From: a virus
Strand: one strand, 5' to 3'
Virus record (IMG/VR): IMGVR_UViG_3300027710_000017
Coordinates: 29,085 to 93,084 of that record
DNA: 64,000 bases
The translations under genes were made by a program, and so were the position numbers. The notes beneath the pieces were generated by a model. That model did not search any database. It was not told the origin of the DNA and was given only the letters and a program-made list of their open reading frames with translations. This document shows, piece after piece, positions 31,301 through 40,949 of the stretch. The first letter of the stretch is position 1. Each line of letters starts with the position of its first letter.

Positions 31301-32017
31301 CGCATTCTTTCTAATTAAATAATATCCATCTAATTCTTCTAGGCCATATGCTTTAGCTGGAATACCTTGTATATTGTCGGCACCAAAAATCTGCACAGGA
31401 AGCTCTACTGGAACCACACCCAAAGAGCTGGCGGTAAACTCTTCAGACCATTGCCCCAGGGAAACTCCATTTACCAAAAATGACAGATCTTCTAATGTCC
31501 CTCCGTCGAAGAAGTTTGCCCTGATTACTATTCGAATTGATGAATTGTCTGAAGGCAATGAAAATGTTTCTGAAAGAAATATCCAGCTATCGGCAATTTG
31601 AGATGTAAAAAGCTTTAAATTTTGAACTAAGGATCCACTGACAGAATCAAAGTACTCATACCCAATCTCAAATCCAGAAATATATGGGGTTTTACTGTAT
31701 AGCATAGCAGAAATAGCAAACGTTGAAAGATCTTCGTTTAAATCTGAAATATTTACCATGTCTGGGCTAACGGCAGTAACACTTAGGCTTTCAGATAGGC
31801 TTTCTGCTGCAACTTCTGTTGTAAAACTTTCTGGAAATGGCTCATCTAGTATGCTGCCAACTGTTGTGGCCACGCCATTATCAATATTCCAAAGAGTCAA
31901 GTCCCTATTTTGCTCAGAAATAAGTGATACGTAATCAGCTTTATCGTCAAGGGGCCAGAAAGCTACTGGATGCTCTGCAAAGATTTTTTCAGCATATAAA
32001 CTAGAAGGAGTAGACAT
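28319..32017 (-). CDS. large virion structural protein (LamG/beta-sandwich-like)
   Basis: HPVAFWPLDD N-terminus and YTFEFW...LVING LamG-like motifs; 1232 aa. Confidence 0.6.
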   Translation of the reverse strand: MSTPSSLYAEKIFAEHPVAFWPLDDKADYVSLISEQNRDLTLWNIDNGVATTVGSILDEPFPESFTTEVAAESLSESLSVTAVSPDMVNISDLNEDLSTFAISAMLYSKTPYISGFEIGYEYFDSVSGSLVQNLKLFTSQIADSWIFLSETFSLPSDNSSIRIVIRANFFDGGTLEDLSFLVNGVSLGQWSEEFTASSLGVVPVELPVQIFGADNIQGIPAKAYGLEELDGYYLIRKNALSAKNSGIPLVYGATNSTIVQQSGGIVPSLIVPGQGFLNKSGQYKDYTFEFWARINSDTTEEKRIFGNIRGLDGLYVKGASLSLKVGKYIVRHYVGQWYRPMLIQIRYSASSVSLVINGEQVGEISINVEELDFPESTTFLSEEVMLDNDWVGFWSYEDVSPIDLDGVAIYGYKVPNQMAKRRFVYGQGVEFPENINNAYSGSSVFIDYPFSKYSKNYNYPSLGKWRQGAYDNLLIDGNSISFPSYSAPVAKFNNKTESEWLLDLEEAQNESDYFIKIRPNSSWSSSSGHLFFENANLANEEIRGIYVVCKEGSLPSSEQTLLVIEDRSSETTFEIKLSASGISYVINERGESNLIAFVSRPSMAGIGEKGAIALDIRKFSDYYGGKAAQFFGKLSSPSVYVGSRKDFSQPFGGKIYSIGFCSAKNLSKISSVFGQDGLPLTDDFVDGALPHLSVADAGLYNNSIFEFLYDGGTLKGYSESVISSHTPSYGIAPGENLSGFGLLVAADSSWQDYVPLSFFAKNVLDPRGDEKLDLDFIQFNINYPSPSLFVQDETAGSWTYQELQDQYSNPVQRGYDSLDNQLVTGYENYEDLKNKSVSSYKYDTSNSVVKTYITFQLLENGANTSADNFPNTELAPKDGVISPGDDWLSTRYEVVDNMIIYPPQSIAFEDIAIVTHIEMSSNSISDNPISIKALEYASMSLSETAPTSIGTRFGNDIYPYRKDGFYFTYKEKNPFSIYKGSTPYLYLTRNSGITMRGSYDPLVNRGISVPINEAKSDNYKVIAMQLAMRFDQDFFPYAPTKIFEIQSKNSYIKFYMVAVDSAGKRAKVYAISDEGKLENGLSFFLNGKLVKDPILTIKEWAMIGIRFSNTQEFGNYAGALRLTAPLTYNNISYYKSTNLQEVQTVIERPWFKVKLAETIELEWDYWKFPFLWENVLVIATTSYYGVNPSDIYKIYTGTNKIIIDDEVETRFGDYSYTVAEDISWRSQVYQAV

Positions 32018-32049
32018 AAATCACCTTCTCTAGTTTACCACACAAAAAT

Positions 32050-32664
32050 CTAGAATCCTCTGATCTCCCAGCTGTCCCACTCTACTTTGTCGTAGTCAAC
32101 AGATGGGAACCAGGACTGACCCTTAAGTCCCATCCAAGCTTGAGAAAGATACATCGTTCCGTCTGTTACTGGAGTGATTTTTCTCATATCTTCCATGTTA
32201 CCTTCTTCAAAGATAACCAAGTCTCCAGGAGAATAATCTATTTCTGACTCTTCTTGAGTGTTTCCGTTTACAGCCATAAGCTTTCCGCCAGAGAAGTTGT
32301 TATTCCAAATAACATAGCCAACAAGGGTATGTGCTGGCCTGTTGATATCTGTTTGGGCTGGCTCCCCAAATTCAGGAATATACCTTGCGATGTAGTGCTT
32401 TGAAAACATTGGTGGCAAATATTCTAAATTTTTGTTGTTTTCTTTAACTGACTCATAAAATCTTTTAGAATACTTAGAAAAAATTTCTAGCATCTCATCA
32501 GAAAACTCTCCCCTTGTCCTAATGTGGAAGCTTACTGAATCTTGACTAAAAAGGTTGTCGTGAAGTGGTGGATGATTTTCTTTTGTATGAAAGTGAGAAG
32601 ACTTTGCATACTCATATACAGCCTGAGCATCTTTAGAAGAAATAAAATTCTTTATTAATATCAT
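32050..32664 (-). CDS. 2OG-Fe(II) oxygenase-like protein, metal ligands apparently degenerate
   Basis: IKNFIS, WNNNFSGG, PGDLVIF scaffold motifs but no HxD or distal His. Confidence 0.6.
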   Translation of the reverse strand: MILIKNFISSKDAQAVYEYAKSSHFHTKENHPPLHDNLFSQDSVSFHIRTRGEFSDEMLEIFSKYSKRFYESVKENNKNLEYLPPMFSKHYIARYIPEFGEPAQTDINRPAHTLVGYVIWNNNFSGGKLMAVNGNTQEESEIDYSPGDLVIFEEGNMEDMRKITPVTDGTMYLSQAWMGLKGQSWFPSVDYDKVEWDSWEIRGF

Positions 32665-32798
32665 TTAAACGACATCCTTGAGTGAGAGTTGTTGCTTGGG
32701 CATCTAGAGCAAGTTTCTTGTTTAGCCTTTGTTACGGGACACTCTTGCACCATTAGGTTATGTCCAAAAATAAAGCATTTTATCTTATTAAAGATCAA
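32661..32798 (-). CDS. small Cys/His protein
   Basis: KCFIFGH...CP...CSRC; TTG start overlapping upstream stop. Confidence 0.5.
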   Translation of the reverse strand: MIFNKIKCFIFGHNLMVQECPVTKAKQETCSRCPSNNSHSRMSFK

Positions 32799-33438
32799 TC
32801 CAGGTTCCTCCAAAAAAGTTAGGAGTAATGTCATAAGCGATTGTGATTCTTGGCTTTTCTTCAAACCAATCATCCCTTCCGTGAGGGTGGCCAGTTTCTG
32901 ACAATATTGCACGATTGTTCTTGTTAATGTTTTCAAATATCTGACCAGATTTATCTATGTCATAGAATGTTTTTGATGGTTCTGCATTAACACAGTAATA
33001 TCCATGAAACACTGGGCTACCCTGACCACCCATGTGATCATGAAAAAACTGTTCATTTTTTAATGGATTTACTCCAAAATTAGCATCGTCAGTCTTTGGA
33101 TCTAGATTAAACCAGCCATTAAGATAAAACTTTGTGCCTTTGTCTATTGAGTAATACTCTGAAGCTTCTGCGACCATGTTACGAAGGGCATCTTGTAGTT
33201 TTTGGATGCCATCATACTCAAATGAGAAAATGTTGTAGTACTTACCTAGCTGTGTAGGGGCGCCAGTCTCCCTAGAAAAATTAGAAAGCTCTTCTGCTGG
33301 CATATTTAAAATATTATCGTTTAAGAAACTAGACAGTAGATTGTCTAAATAATTATAGAAATCTTCTAGGTCATTATCCAGATAGGCATCAAAGAACTTG
33401 TGGGCTGGCTTTGCATCGTTCAATTTAGTGGTATCCAA
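32788..33438 (-). CDS. putative 2OG-Fe(II) oxygenase
   Basis: GWFN, HDH, FHGYY, GHPH, RITIAYD; paralog of 33420..34073; start uncertain. Confidence 0.7.
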   Translation of the reverse strand: MDTTKLNDAKPAHKFFDAYLDNDLEDFYNYLDNLLSSFLNDNILNMPAEELSNFSRETGAPTQLGKYYNIFSFEYDGIQKLQDALRNMVAEASEYYSIDKGTKFYLNGWFNLDPKTDDANFGVNPLKNEQFFHDHMGGQGSPVFHGYYCVNAEPSKTFYDIDKSGQIFENINKNNRAILSETGHPHGRDDWFEEKPRITIAYDITPNFFGGTWIDL

Positions 33439-34073
33439 TGCTGTTCTTCGTTTAAGCCAAACTTTTGAATTTCTGATAACGGCAGAAGGTCGTAAGCTAT
33501 AGTTATTCGATCTCCGTCCCAATCCCAATCTCCCATAGCATGAGGATGCCCCATTTCAGAAAGAATTGCACGATTATCTTTATTTATGTTTTGGACCTCT
33601 TTGTCAAAAACAAGGTAATGGGTGGTTGATGGCTCTGCCTTTACTGAATAATATCCATGAAAAAATGGAGCTCCTCCTGGGCCGTGGTCATGCCAATTAA
33701 GCTTTCCGCCATTCTTTTTATTATTTATATTAAACCAACCCTGCATTAAGAATTGCTGGCTATCGAAATCTATTCCATAATACTCGCATGCCTCTTTAGC
33801 CATTTCTTTTATGGCTAACCCAAGCTTATAGATTTCTGGAGTGTGAAACTGAAAAACATTATACTGACGCCACTTCATTGTAGAAACGCTTTTTGATTCC
33901 TGCCAAGACTCATACTCTGTTAATGGTGTGACACCAATTAGCTCTGCGTTTTTAATTTTTTCATATCTGAGCCTTAGGTCTTGAGACAAGGTGTCTAGAT
34001 CATTGTCTAAATATCTCTCAAAGAATTTATGTGGCTGTGCAGATTTACTTAAACTGGGTAATGGGCTTTTCAT
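33420..34073 (-). CDS. putative 2OG-Fe(II) oxygenase
   Basis: GWFN, WHDH, FHGYY, GHPH, RITIAYD. Confidence 0.72.
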   Translation of the reverse strand: MKSPLPSLSKSAQPHKFFERYLDNDLDTLSQDLRLRYEKIKNAELIGVTPLTEYESWQESKSVSTMKWRQYNVFQFHTPEIYKLGLAIKEMAKEACEYYGIDFDSQQFLMQGWFNINNKKNGGKLNWHDHGPGGAPFFHGYYSVKAEPSTTHYLVFDKEVQNINKDNRAILSEMGHPHAMGDWDWDGDRITIAYDLLPLSEIQKFGLNEEQHWIPLN

Positions 34074-34118
34074 AACAACTCTTTTCTATAACTTAATTAA
34101 ATTATAGCATAAAGGCTG

Positions 34119-34826
34119 TTAGATTGGATATCTTCCGCCACCCCAAGGGGCGAATCCGAATGGTGAGAATCCGAATGGTGAGAACCCGAATGGTGAAAAC
34201 CCGAATGCACCAAAGGGGGCAAATGAGAATGTTGTGGTAATGCTATTAGAAGCAGCTGAAGTTCCAGAGTTTCCATTAGCATTAGTTGCAATAACAGTAT
34301 ATGTCTGAGCTGTTCCCTGCTCTTGAGTAACATCAACAGTCGTGCTTGCGGTTGTGCCAGTTTTGCTGTCATCAGATGCCCAGGTGTAGCCAGTAATAGC
34401 CTTTCCACCATTTGCTGGGGCTGTCCATTCAACTCTATCGACACCTGCTGATGGGGAAGATGCAGTTGGTGCTGAAGGAGTCGCAGGAACAGTAGTAGCT
34501 GTAACGGATGCTGAAGCTGAAGAAGCTGGGCTTGTTCCATCAGCATTAGCTGCTGTTACAGTAAATGTATAGGCAGTATCTGACTGCAGTCCCTCTACTG
34601 TAAGTGGAGACGATGATCCAGTTGCTGTAAATCCGCCTGGAGATGATGTTACGGTAAACGAAGTGGCAGCATTTGGACCCTGAGCAGTAAAGGTTACTGT
34701 TGCAGCACCATTGTTAAATGCCCTAGAGGTTCCAACATCTGTAGCGGTTCCAATTAAAGGAGCCGCTGGTGCCAGATGGTCGTTCTGTGCAAGAGATTTC
34801 TTTCCCGCTCTTTTATTTGCTGCCAT
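34119..34826 (-). CDS. FN3-domain virion protein with C-terminal FSPFG repeats
   Basis: Two FN3 repeats (YTFTVTAAN, WTAPANGG, YTVIATN) then FAPFG-AFG-(FSPFG)3-FAPWG. Confidence 0.85.
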   Translation of the reverse strand: MAANKRAGKKSLAQNDHLAPAAPLIGTATDVGTSRAFNNGAATVTFTAQGPNAATSFTVTSSPGGFTATGSSSPLTVEGLQSDTAYTFTVTAANADGTSPASSASASVTATTVPATPSAPTASSPSAGVDRVEWTAPANGGKAITGYTWASDDSKTGTTASTTVDVTQEQGTAQTYTVIATNANGNSGTSAASNSITTTFSFAPFGAFGFSPFGFSPFGFSPFGFAPWGGGRYPI

Positions 34827-34850
34827 TTATATATCTCCTAAATTTGTTAA

Positions 34851-36428
34851 TTATGCGGACAAGTCTCCGAAGACTACCCAAGTATTTTCTGCTCTCTTAA
34901 ACATTGTAGCAGATGACCACTGGGTACGTAGCTTAAGTCCAGGAGTAGAATTAACTGTAACTCCTGCTGCTCCAGCAATAGTAACCTGACCAGCACCTGT
35001 CTGTAGGATATCGATAGATGTTCCCACTGGATATGCAACAGATGCATTTGTAGGGATGGTTACAGTCACACCAGTAGCTGAAGAGACCTCTACGAGCTTG
35101 TCACGGTCTGTGAGAACCGTTGTGTAGGCACTAGTCTGTGCATTGATTTCAGTAAGTGATGGAACACCCTGCTTTACCTGAACTCCATCAGAGAATTCTA
35201 CTCCTCCGAGTCTTAGAGTATCATATCCAGCGTTTGTCAAATCTACAGTGTTAGATACTGGGTGTGGAACGTTTGATACAAGCTTCCACTTTTTGCCATC
35301 GCTTACGTCACGGAATAAACCAGAGTGCTTGTGGTCTCCCTCAGTTCCTCCAGCTTCACCTGTAGCAGCAAGGAATCCAACATCGACAGTGTCTGTTGTC
35401 CAGTTTCCGCTAGACATGTAAATTAGTGGGTCTGATATAGCAAGATCAGTTGCGTTTACGGTTGTAGTGGTTCCACCAACAACCAAGTTTCCAGTAATTT
35501 CAAGATTTGCAGTAGTGGTAGTTCCTGTAAATGTTGGATCTGCCAAAGGAGCCTTAGCGTCTAGCTGAGTCTGAATATTAGAGGTTACGCCATCTACATG
35601 GTTTAGCTCTGCAGTTGAAAGGGTTGCTCCGTCAAGAATGTTTACTTCTGCAACTGATGCAGTTACATCAATAACATCTGCTAGATTAACTGTTACATTG
35701 TTATCGGCTGCAGAAATAGTCTTGTTGGTTAGGGTTTCAGTTCCAGTTTTGGTTGCAAGAGCTGTAGTATCTGCAATTCCATGAACGTTAGTTGTATCTG
35801 AGTTGTGGGTGCTAAGATTACCATCTAGAGTAGTGTAGTTTGAGCCAACAGTGCTGGTTAGTGTTGAAAGGTCGCCCTCTAGGTCACCAACGGCGGTCTC
35901 TAGATCTCCAGCTCTTGTCTCTAGTAATCCAATGTCAGTGGTATTAGCTGTAGATGCTGTTTCTACAACACCAAGTCTTGTTTCGTGATCCTGAGCTTGA
36001 TCTCCTAGACCTTCGATGGAATCATTAACTAGTCCAATGTCATAGTTAACACTGGTAAAGTAGTCTGGATTATTATTAATTGCTGCTGCAATATCGTTTA
36101 TGGTTGGGACAGATCCCCAGGTAGTCCATGCCCCTGCAGAGTCATCGATGATGTTTCCTAGTTGATTTAATGGAACGTTTACAGTGCCATCTAGAGTAGC
36201 AACACCATTTGCAGCGGCCCTCTGGGTTAGTGGAATGTAGTCATCGATGGTTCCACCAAGTTCGGTTATTGTTAGGAAGTACTCTAGGTCTGACCAAGGG
36301 TTAGCTCCATCACCAATCTTAAATCTTCCAGTGTCGGTTTCAAAACCGATTTCACCAGCTTCAAGAGTTGGGTCTGCCGATGTCCACTGTTCCGCAGTTC
36401 CTCTGCGCTGTTGCATTCTAGTTGCCAT
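34851..36428 (-). CDS. tail fibre / appendage protein
   Basis: N-terminal QRRGT...GEIGFETDTGRFKIGDG (Mtd_N-like), coiled coil, C-terminal ...WVVFGDLSA domain. Confidence 0.8.
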   Translation of the reverse strand: MATRMQQRRGTAEQWTSADPTLEAGEIGFETDTGRFKIGDGANPWSDLEYFLTITELGGTIDDYIPLTQRAAANGVATLDGTVNVPLNQLGNIIDDSAGAWTTWGSVPTINDIAAAINNNPDYFTSVNYDIGLVNDSIEGLGDQAQDHETRLGVVETASTANTTDIGLLETRAGDLETAVGDLEGDLSTLTSTVGSNYTTLDGNLSTHNSDTTNVHGIADTTALATKTGTETLTNKTISAADNNVTVNLADVIDVTASVAEVNILDGATLSTAELNHVDGVTSNIQTQLDAKAPLADPTFTGTTTTANLEITGNLVVGGTTTTVNATDLAISDPLIYMSSGNWTTDTVDVGFLAATGEAGGTEGDHKHSGLFRDVSDGKKWKLVSNVPHPVSNTVDLTNAGYDTLRLGGVEFSDGVQVKQGVPSLTEINAQTSAYTTVLTDRDKLVEVSSATGVTVTIPTNASVAYPVGTSIDILQTGAGQVTIAGAAGVTVNSTPGLKLRTQWSSATMFKRAENTWVVFGDLSA

Positions 36429-36481
36429 TTATAATAATCTCCTCATGGGTTCTTCCCATACTATTTTAATTATACAGCTTT

Positions 36482-36937
36482 TTAATTAAAATTATCCACT
36501 GGGCTTCCTCCGTCAAGTACGACAGACCATTCTGTTGTGGATGGTCCTCCGCCGTCTATTGGAGATCCCTGAGGATCATTAAAACTTCCACCGCTTGTAA
36601 AGGTGGTTACGATAAATCCTGTTCCGTCAATAGAAGTATCGTGGATGTGTTGTGGGATATTTAGGGTATCATCGATTGTTGCAACGGTCATCCACGATTG
36701 TCCATAGTAGACGTTAACTCTTTGAGTCAAAGTATCGAACCATAGACTACCGTTGACTGGTGATTCTGGAGCTGTAGATCCTACTGGCATACTACCAGCA
36801 AGTGCATCAACATATGACTTAGTTGCTGCATGAGTAGCTTCTGTTGGGTCAGAAACAACAACGGTACCGCCAAAGGTACCTCCAGCTGCAACGTTTAATC
36901 CGTTTTTGACCTTAAAGTCTTTGCTTGCAGTTGCCAT
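36482..36937 (-). CDS. fibre-associated structural protein
   Basis: DFKVKNGL, HAATKSYVD, GSLWFDT fibre motifs. Confidence 0.7.
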   Translation of the reverse strand: MATASKDFKVKNGLNVAAGGTFGGTVVVSDPTEATHAATKSYVDALAGSMPVGSTAPESPVNGSLWFDTLTQRVNVYYGQSWMTVATIDDTLNIPQHIHDTSIDGTGFIVTTFTSGGSFNDPQGSPIDGGGPSTTEWSVVLDGGSPVDNFN

Positions 36938-36964
36938 CTAGTTCTCCTAATTAAAACTCTTTTG

Positions 36965-36988
36965 TGGGGGGTTTTTAAGGAACCCCCC
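36965..36988 (-). terminator. terminator hairpin
   Basis: GGGGGGTT...AACCCCCC inverted repeat. Confidence 0.5.
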
Positions 36989-37005
36989 GTAAACCCTTAA
37001 TTCAA

Positions 37006-39294
37006 TTATACTAGCAATGTTCCAACAACAGTGATTGTAGAATCATTGTTGGCAGTTGTTACTAATAATCTTACGTTTGTTCCAGAAATATCTGCTGAAA
37101 CTGTTGATGCTGAACCATTGGTTCCAACAATTCCATATTCTGTAATTGCAATGTTGTCTGAAGTATCTAGGGTCAAAAGAACCTTAGAGATTTCAGTGTG
37201 TGTTCCATAGGCAACCTTTACAAGAAATTCTGCTGAACGATAGTCTGCCTTAGCAAATGCATATCCAGTGTGAATGCCTGCTGTTGTTGCATCTGATGTT
37301 GCTGCAACCTGTTTTGCAACTAAGTCAATCTCAACTGCAGCGAAGTTCGGAGTGGTTTCATTAAGAGCACCAATTGCACGAGCATCTGTGAAGTAGAGAT
37401 TTGTACTACCCTCGTCAAGGTCATCAGTTGTTGCATCACCAACGCCGCCTTCAGCGGTAATAGTAAGGCCTGAACCATTTCCTGTAATTGTAATGTTTGT
37501 AAGAGTTGCACCTGTCAAAAGATCTGCAGCTGAATTCTTAGCACGAGAATCTGTAAAGTACTGGTTTGTAGTACCTTCCTCAATGTCATCTGTGTCAAGA
37601 TTGCCAATTGCAGTATCTGTATATCCATTAGCATTTGTTTCTGCAGTTGCGGCTGAGCCTGCTGCATCGTAGTTAACAGCTAGGCCATCTGCATAGCTTT
37701 GTGCTGCAGTCTGTGCTGAAGAAGCAGAACCTGCTGGGTCATAGTTTGATGCAAGACCATCTGCATAAGCTTCAGCATTGCTTTCAGCGGTGTCAGCGTA
37801 GCCCTGTGCGGTTGTAAGAGCAGTTGTGATCTCTCCGTCAGTGTAGCTGTTTGCTGCAGTCTCTGCTGCAGAAGCTTCGTCAGAAGCAAATGTCCTGGTA
37901 GCTGTAATGGTGTCATCAATCTCGAAAGTATTGCCATCAAGAATTAGACCATTTCCAGCAAGGAAAGTTCCAGCACCAGAGAACTGGCTAAAGGAGAGTG
38001 CATCTGTACCAATGGTTGCTGGCTTTAGAGTCTGAACCCATCCAGTATTTGCATAAGTTCCAGCTGTTACAAAGACAAAGTCTCCGCTGTCTATTTCAGT
38101 TGCAGTATCAAAGTCAGTTGCACGTAATGCCTGGCCTGAAGCCTGAACAACATAGATACCATTTTCTGAAGCAGTTGTCTGATCCTTTACTAGAACACGG
38201 TCGCCAGTTACAAGAGTAACTCCCCCAGCAGTATCTCCATTCTCAAGACCAGTGGCAATTGAGATGTTTCCATTTGTTGCTACCCTTGCTGCCTCGTGAA
38301 CGTGAAGTCCTTCTGCAACTGCGTCAACATATGCCTTTGTTGCTGCGTGGTCTGCCTGAGTTGGTGTTCCAAGTCCAGAAACCTGGTAACCATCCATAAG
38401 TAAGTCGTCACCCATTGTCTTGTTTGTAAGAGTCTGAGCATCAGAAGTTCCTACAACATCTCCAGTTACCCCGTGAACTCCAGTAGTTAAGCCTGAGTGT
38501 GTACTTACAGCACCACTAGTCTCGTAGTCTCCTGCAAGATTATCTGCGTAGTCCTTAGCGTTCTGCTCAGCTGTAGCTGCTGCACCGTTTGCATCGTACC
38601 AACCATCTACTATTGTACGATCTACAATAACCTGCCCAGCACTATTCTTTAGGCCTTGTCCTGTATCTACAGAAATATCTCCTGCTGAATATGTAATTCC
38701 GTCTCCACCAGATAGGTGTGAGTCTACTCTTGCGTCTGTGTAGTAAAGGTTTGTAGTTCCTTCTGTGATTTCATCTGAGTTGAATGTAAGGTCAATGTTG
38801 TTAATTGCATCGTCTACATAACCCTGTGATGCAACTCTTTCGGAATCTAGGTTGTCAATATTTTCACCAACATAGACGTTTGCACTTGTTAGTTTGATGC
38901 TTCCACTAGTTGCATTAATGAAGACATCTCCGCCTACGCCTGCATTTAAGCGAACATCATCCTGTGCATTAAGTCTAATGTCTTCACCGTTTAGGACAAC
39001 ATCGTTACCGTCAACGTTAGAGATAACGATATCGTCATCATTAACAATAGTACCTACTGAGCCAATATTAAGTTGATTTACTGTAACTGTACCTGCAGCA
39101 AAGTCTCCATTGCCGTCACGAAGGACTAGAGTGTTTGGGGTATTGGTAGACTCTCCAGAACCACCAACTTGATCAATAATGTAATCAATGTCAGCCTGAG
39201 CTTTGGTAAGGATGTCCTCACCATTAATGGTACCTGTGGTACCTTCTACAACAAGACCGCTTTTGATCTTGAAGTTTTTATTTACTGTTGCCAT
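37006..39294 (-). CDS. long tail fibre protein
   Basis: Repeated EGTTNLY(F/Y)TD, AATKAYVD, DRVLVKDQT..ENGIY motifs. Confidence 0.85.
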   Translation of the reverse strand: MATVNKNFKIKSGLVVEGTTGTINGEDILTKAQADIDYIIDQVGGSGESTNTPNTLVLRDGNGDFAAGTVTVNQLNIGSVGTIVNDDDIVISNVDGNDVVLNGEDIRLNAQDDVRLNAGVGGDVFINATSGSIKLTSANVYVGENIDNLDSERVASQGYVDDAINNIDLTFNSDEITEGTTNLYYTDARVDSHLSGGDGITYSAGDISVDTGQGLKNSAGQVIVDRTIVDGWYDANGAAATAEQNAKDYADNLAGDYETSGAVSTHSGLTTGVHGVTGDVVGTSDAQTLTNKTMGDDLLMDGYQVSGLGTPTQADHAATKAYVDAVAEGLHVHEAARVATNGNISIATGLENGDTAGGVTLVTGDRVLVKDQTTASENGIYVVQASGQALRATDFDTATEIDSGDFVFVTAGTYANTGWVQTLKPATIGTDALSFSQFSGAGTFLAGNGLILDGNTFEIDDTITATRTFASDEASAAETAANSYTDGEITTALTTAQGYADTAESNAEAYADGLASNYDPAGSASSAQTAAQSYADGLAVNYDAAGSAATAETNANGYTDTAIGNLDTDDIEEGTTNQYFTDSRAKNSAADLLTGATLTNITITGNGSGLTITAEGGVGDATTDDLDEGSTNLYFTDARAIGALNETTPNFAAVEIDLVAKQVAATSDATTAGIHTGYAFAKADYRSAEFLVKVAYGTHTEISKVLLTLDTSDNIAITEYGIVGTNGSASTVSADISGTNVRLLVTTANNDSTITVVGTLLV

Positions 39295-39314
39295 TTTTAT
39301 CTCCTAGGGGTTAG

Positions 39315-39761
39315 CTAAGCCTTTAGACCCATGCGAGCATATCGCACGGTTACAGGCTTGATTGACGGATCTGGGGTAACAGTTAAAGCAACTGTATTTC
39401 CAGTCCTAGAGACACTAATGGTGCCAATATTCCCATCGTTGTCTATTGTTCCATACTCAGAAACGTTCACATCTGTTCCGTCTACAAGTATGGTAAGTTC
39501 TGTTGCATAGAAATAATTATCTCCTGCAGAAGTCTTTGCTATTGATACTAAATATTTGACCATTCTCCATACCGTGGCATCAAAGCTATCTACTACGGTT
39601 GGATTCTGAATATCGTTAATGGTATTTTCATTGTTACCAAATGTTCCAAGGTCAGTAGCCTGACCAGAAACGGTATCGATTAAATCAACGTAGTCTTCTT
39701 GAGATGGACGGTCTCCTGTCTCAAAGCGTGTTTTTACATAGGGTATAGAGGTTCTTGCCAT
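39315..39761 (-). CDS. fibre-associated protein
   Basis: FETGDRPSQEDY; C-terminal domain similar to the C-terminus of 37006..39294 (EYG). Confidence 0.65.
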   Translation of the reverse strand: MARTSIPYVKTRFETGDRPSQEDYVDLIDTVSGQATDLGTFGNNENTINDIQNPTVVDSFDATVWRMVKYLVSIAKTSAGDNYFYATELTILVDGTDVNVSEYGTIDNDGNIGTISVSRTGNTVALTVTPDPSIKPVTVRYARMGLKA

Positions 39762-39795
39762 GTTTTAATTATACTAGCATTTATGATAATTTATT

Positions 39796-40017
39796 TTATA
39801 ATATGTAGTTGCTATAGCCAATAATCTGTATTCCAATTCCAGGAATGTTGTTTGCTCCATAGCTCGGAACGGTAATATTTGTTAATCGAATTCTAAAAGG
39901 AACAGTCTCTTCAATACGTACAAGTTGTCTTGAAGGTTTAATAAAAAATCTAGGATATTTTTTTGCTTCTACTTTTCTTGCTATGTTTGATTTGTTTATA
40001 ATGACTGCTGTTGCCAT
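39796..40017 (-). CDS. small hypothetical protein
   Basis: Coupled to upstream gene. Confidence 0.55.
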   Translation of the reverse strand: MATAVIINKSNIARKVEAKKYPRFFIKPSRQLVRIEETVPFRIRLTNITVPSYGANNIPGIGIQIIGYSNYIL

Positions 40018-40427
40018 TAGTCAGTTACATCCTCAAGAATTATCATTGCACCCTGAGCTACCGTCCAAACAATCTCATCATTTGGTAGCGAAAGCTGAAT
40101 GTCAAAAATATCTCCAGTTTCAAGCGTTTCTGTTTCCGATGCAGCAAGAGATACTGTAAACTCTCCAGGCTCATCATCTAAGTCTGCTGCTGGTGTTAGG
40201 GTAAGTAGAGTTGTAGCAGCGTCTGTCATCACTGGTGGAATCACTGGGCTATTTGGACGCTTCATTTTCATTGTAATTGTCCAGTCTGCAATAGTTAATG
40301 GTTGCCTGTCGTCATCTGTAACGTAGACCCTAAAAGCAGCGGTATCTCCACGGACAACTGTCCATGTAACAAGTGGTGGATTGTTTCCAACGGAATAGGA
40401 TGAAGCGGATCCTCTAGTAGTTGTCAT
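40017..40427 (-). CDS. BppU-like Ig-fold structural protein
   Basis: VRGDT...FDIQ...G...DVT; paralog of 45398 and 46575 genes. Confidence 0.6.
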   Translation of the reverse strand: MTTTRGSASSYSVGNNPPLVTWTVVRGDTAAFRVYVTDDDRQPLTIADWTITMKMKRPNSPVIPPVMTDAATTLLTLTPAADLDDEPGEFTVSLAASETETLETGDIFDIQLSLPNDEIVWTVAQGAMIILEDVTD

Positions 40428-40445
40428 AATTTTTATTATACCACA

Positions 40446-40949
40446 CTAAGCTAGTCCAGCTTTAAGAGCACCCCAAGTTCCATTACCCTTTGCCTCTACA
40501 ATAACAAGTCCCTGCTCAGCTGCATGAGCAACAATGCCAACGGCTCCGCCAGCATCTTGAGAAGCTGTTAGGCCACCAGTTGTTCCAGTATAAAGGATAT
40601 CTCCAGCAGTAAAGCCAGAGGTATTGATATTTTCTAAAATTCCAGAAACTACAATAATTCCATTAGCACCATTTGCAATGCTAGTCTTTGCCAAACCTAG
40701 AATTGGCTGTGTTGTAGAAGATGTTGCTCTGCTCACAGTGGTGGCACTCGTATATCCTGTAACGAATACTGGATCTCCTGCAGAAATGGCAGAGCCACTA
40801 TTATTTAGTACTCTAATCTGAGAATAGGATGCTAGGGGAAGAACAGCTTCAAGCTTTTCTACAAGCTCTTTTATATCTCCATGAACATTAACGGGGTCGT
40901 CAAGTAATGGATAGGGTAGGTCGTAAGCCGATGATTCTCCAGTTGCCAT
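40446..40949 (-). CDS. capsid cement/decoration-like protein
   Basis: LPYP..DPVNVHGDI N-terminus; ISAGDPV...GDILY beta-clip pattern. Confidence 0.55.
   Translation of the reverse strand: MATGESSAYDLPYPLLDDPVNVHGDIKELVEKLEAVLPLASYSQIRVLNNSGSAISAGDPVFVTGYTSATTVSRATSSTTQPILGLAKTSIANGANGIIVVSGILENINTSGFTAGDILYTGTTGGLTASQDAGGAVGIVAHAAEQGLVIVEAKGNGTWGALKAGLA

Noticed and set aside
27929-32017. Terminase expected upstream of the portal
   Set aside because: Neither ORF shows Walker A/B or RNase H-like nuclease motifs; the terminase presumably lies outside the window
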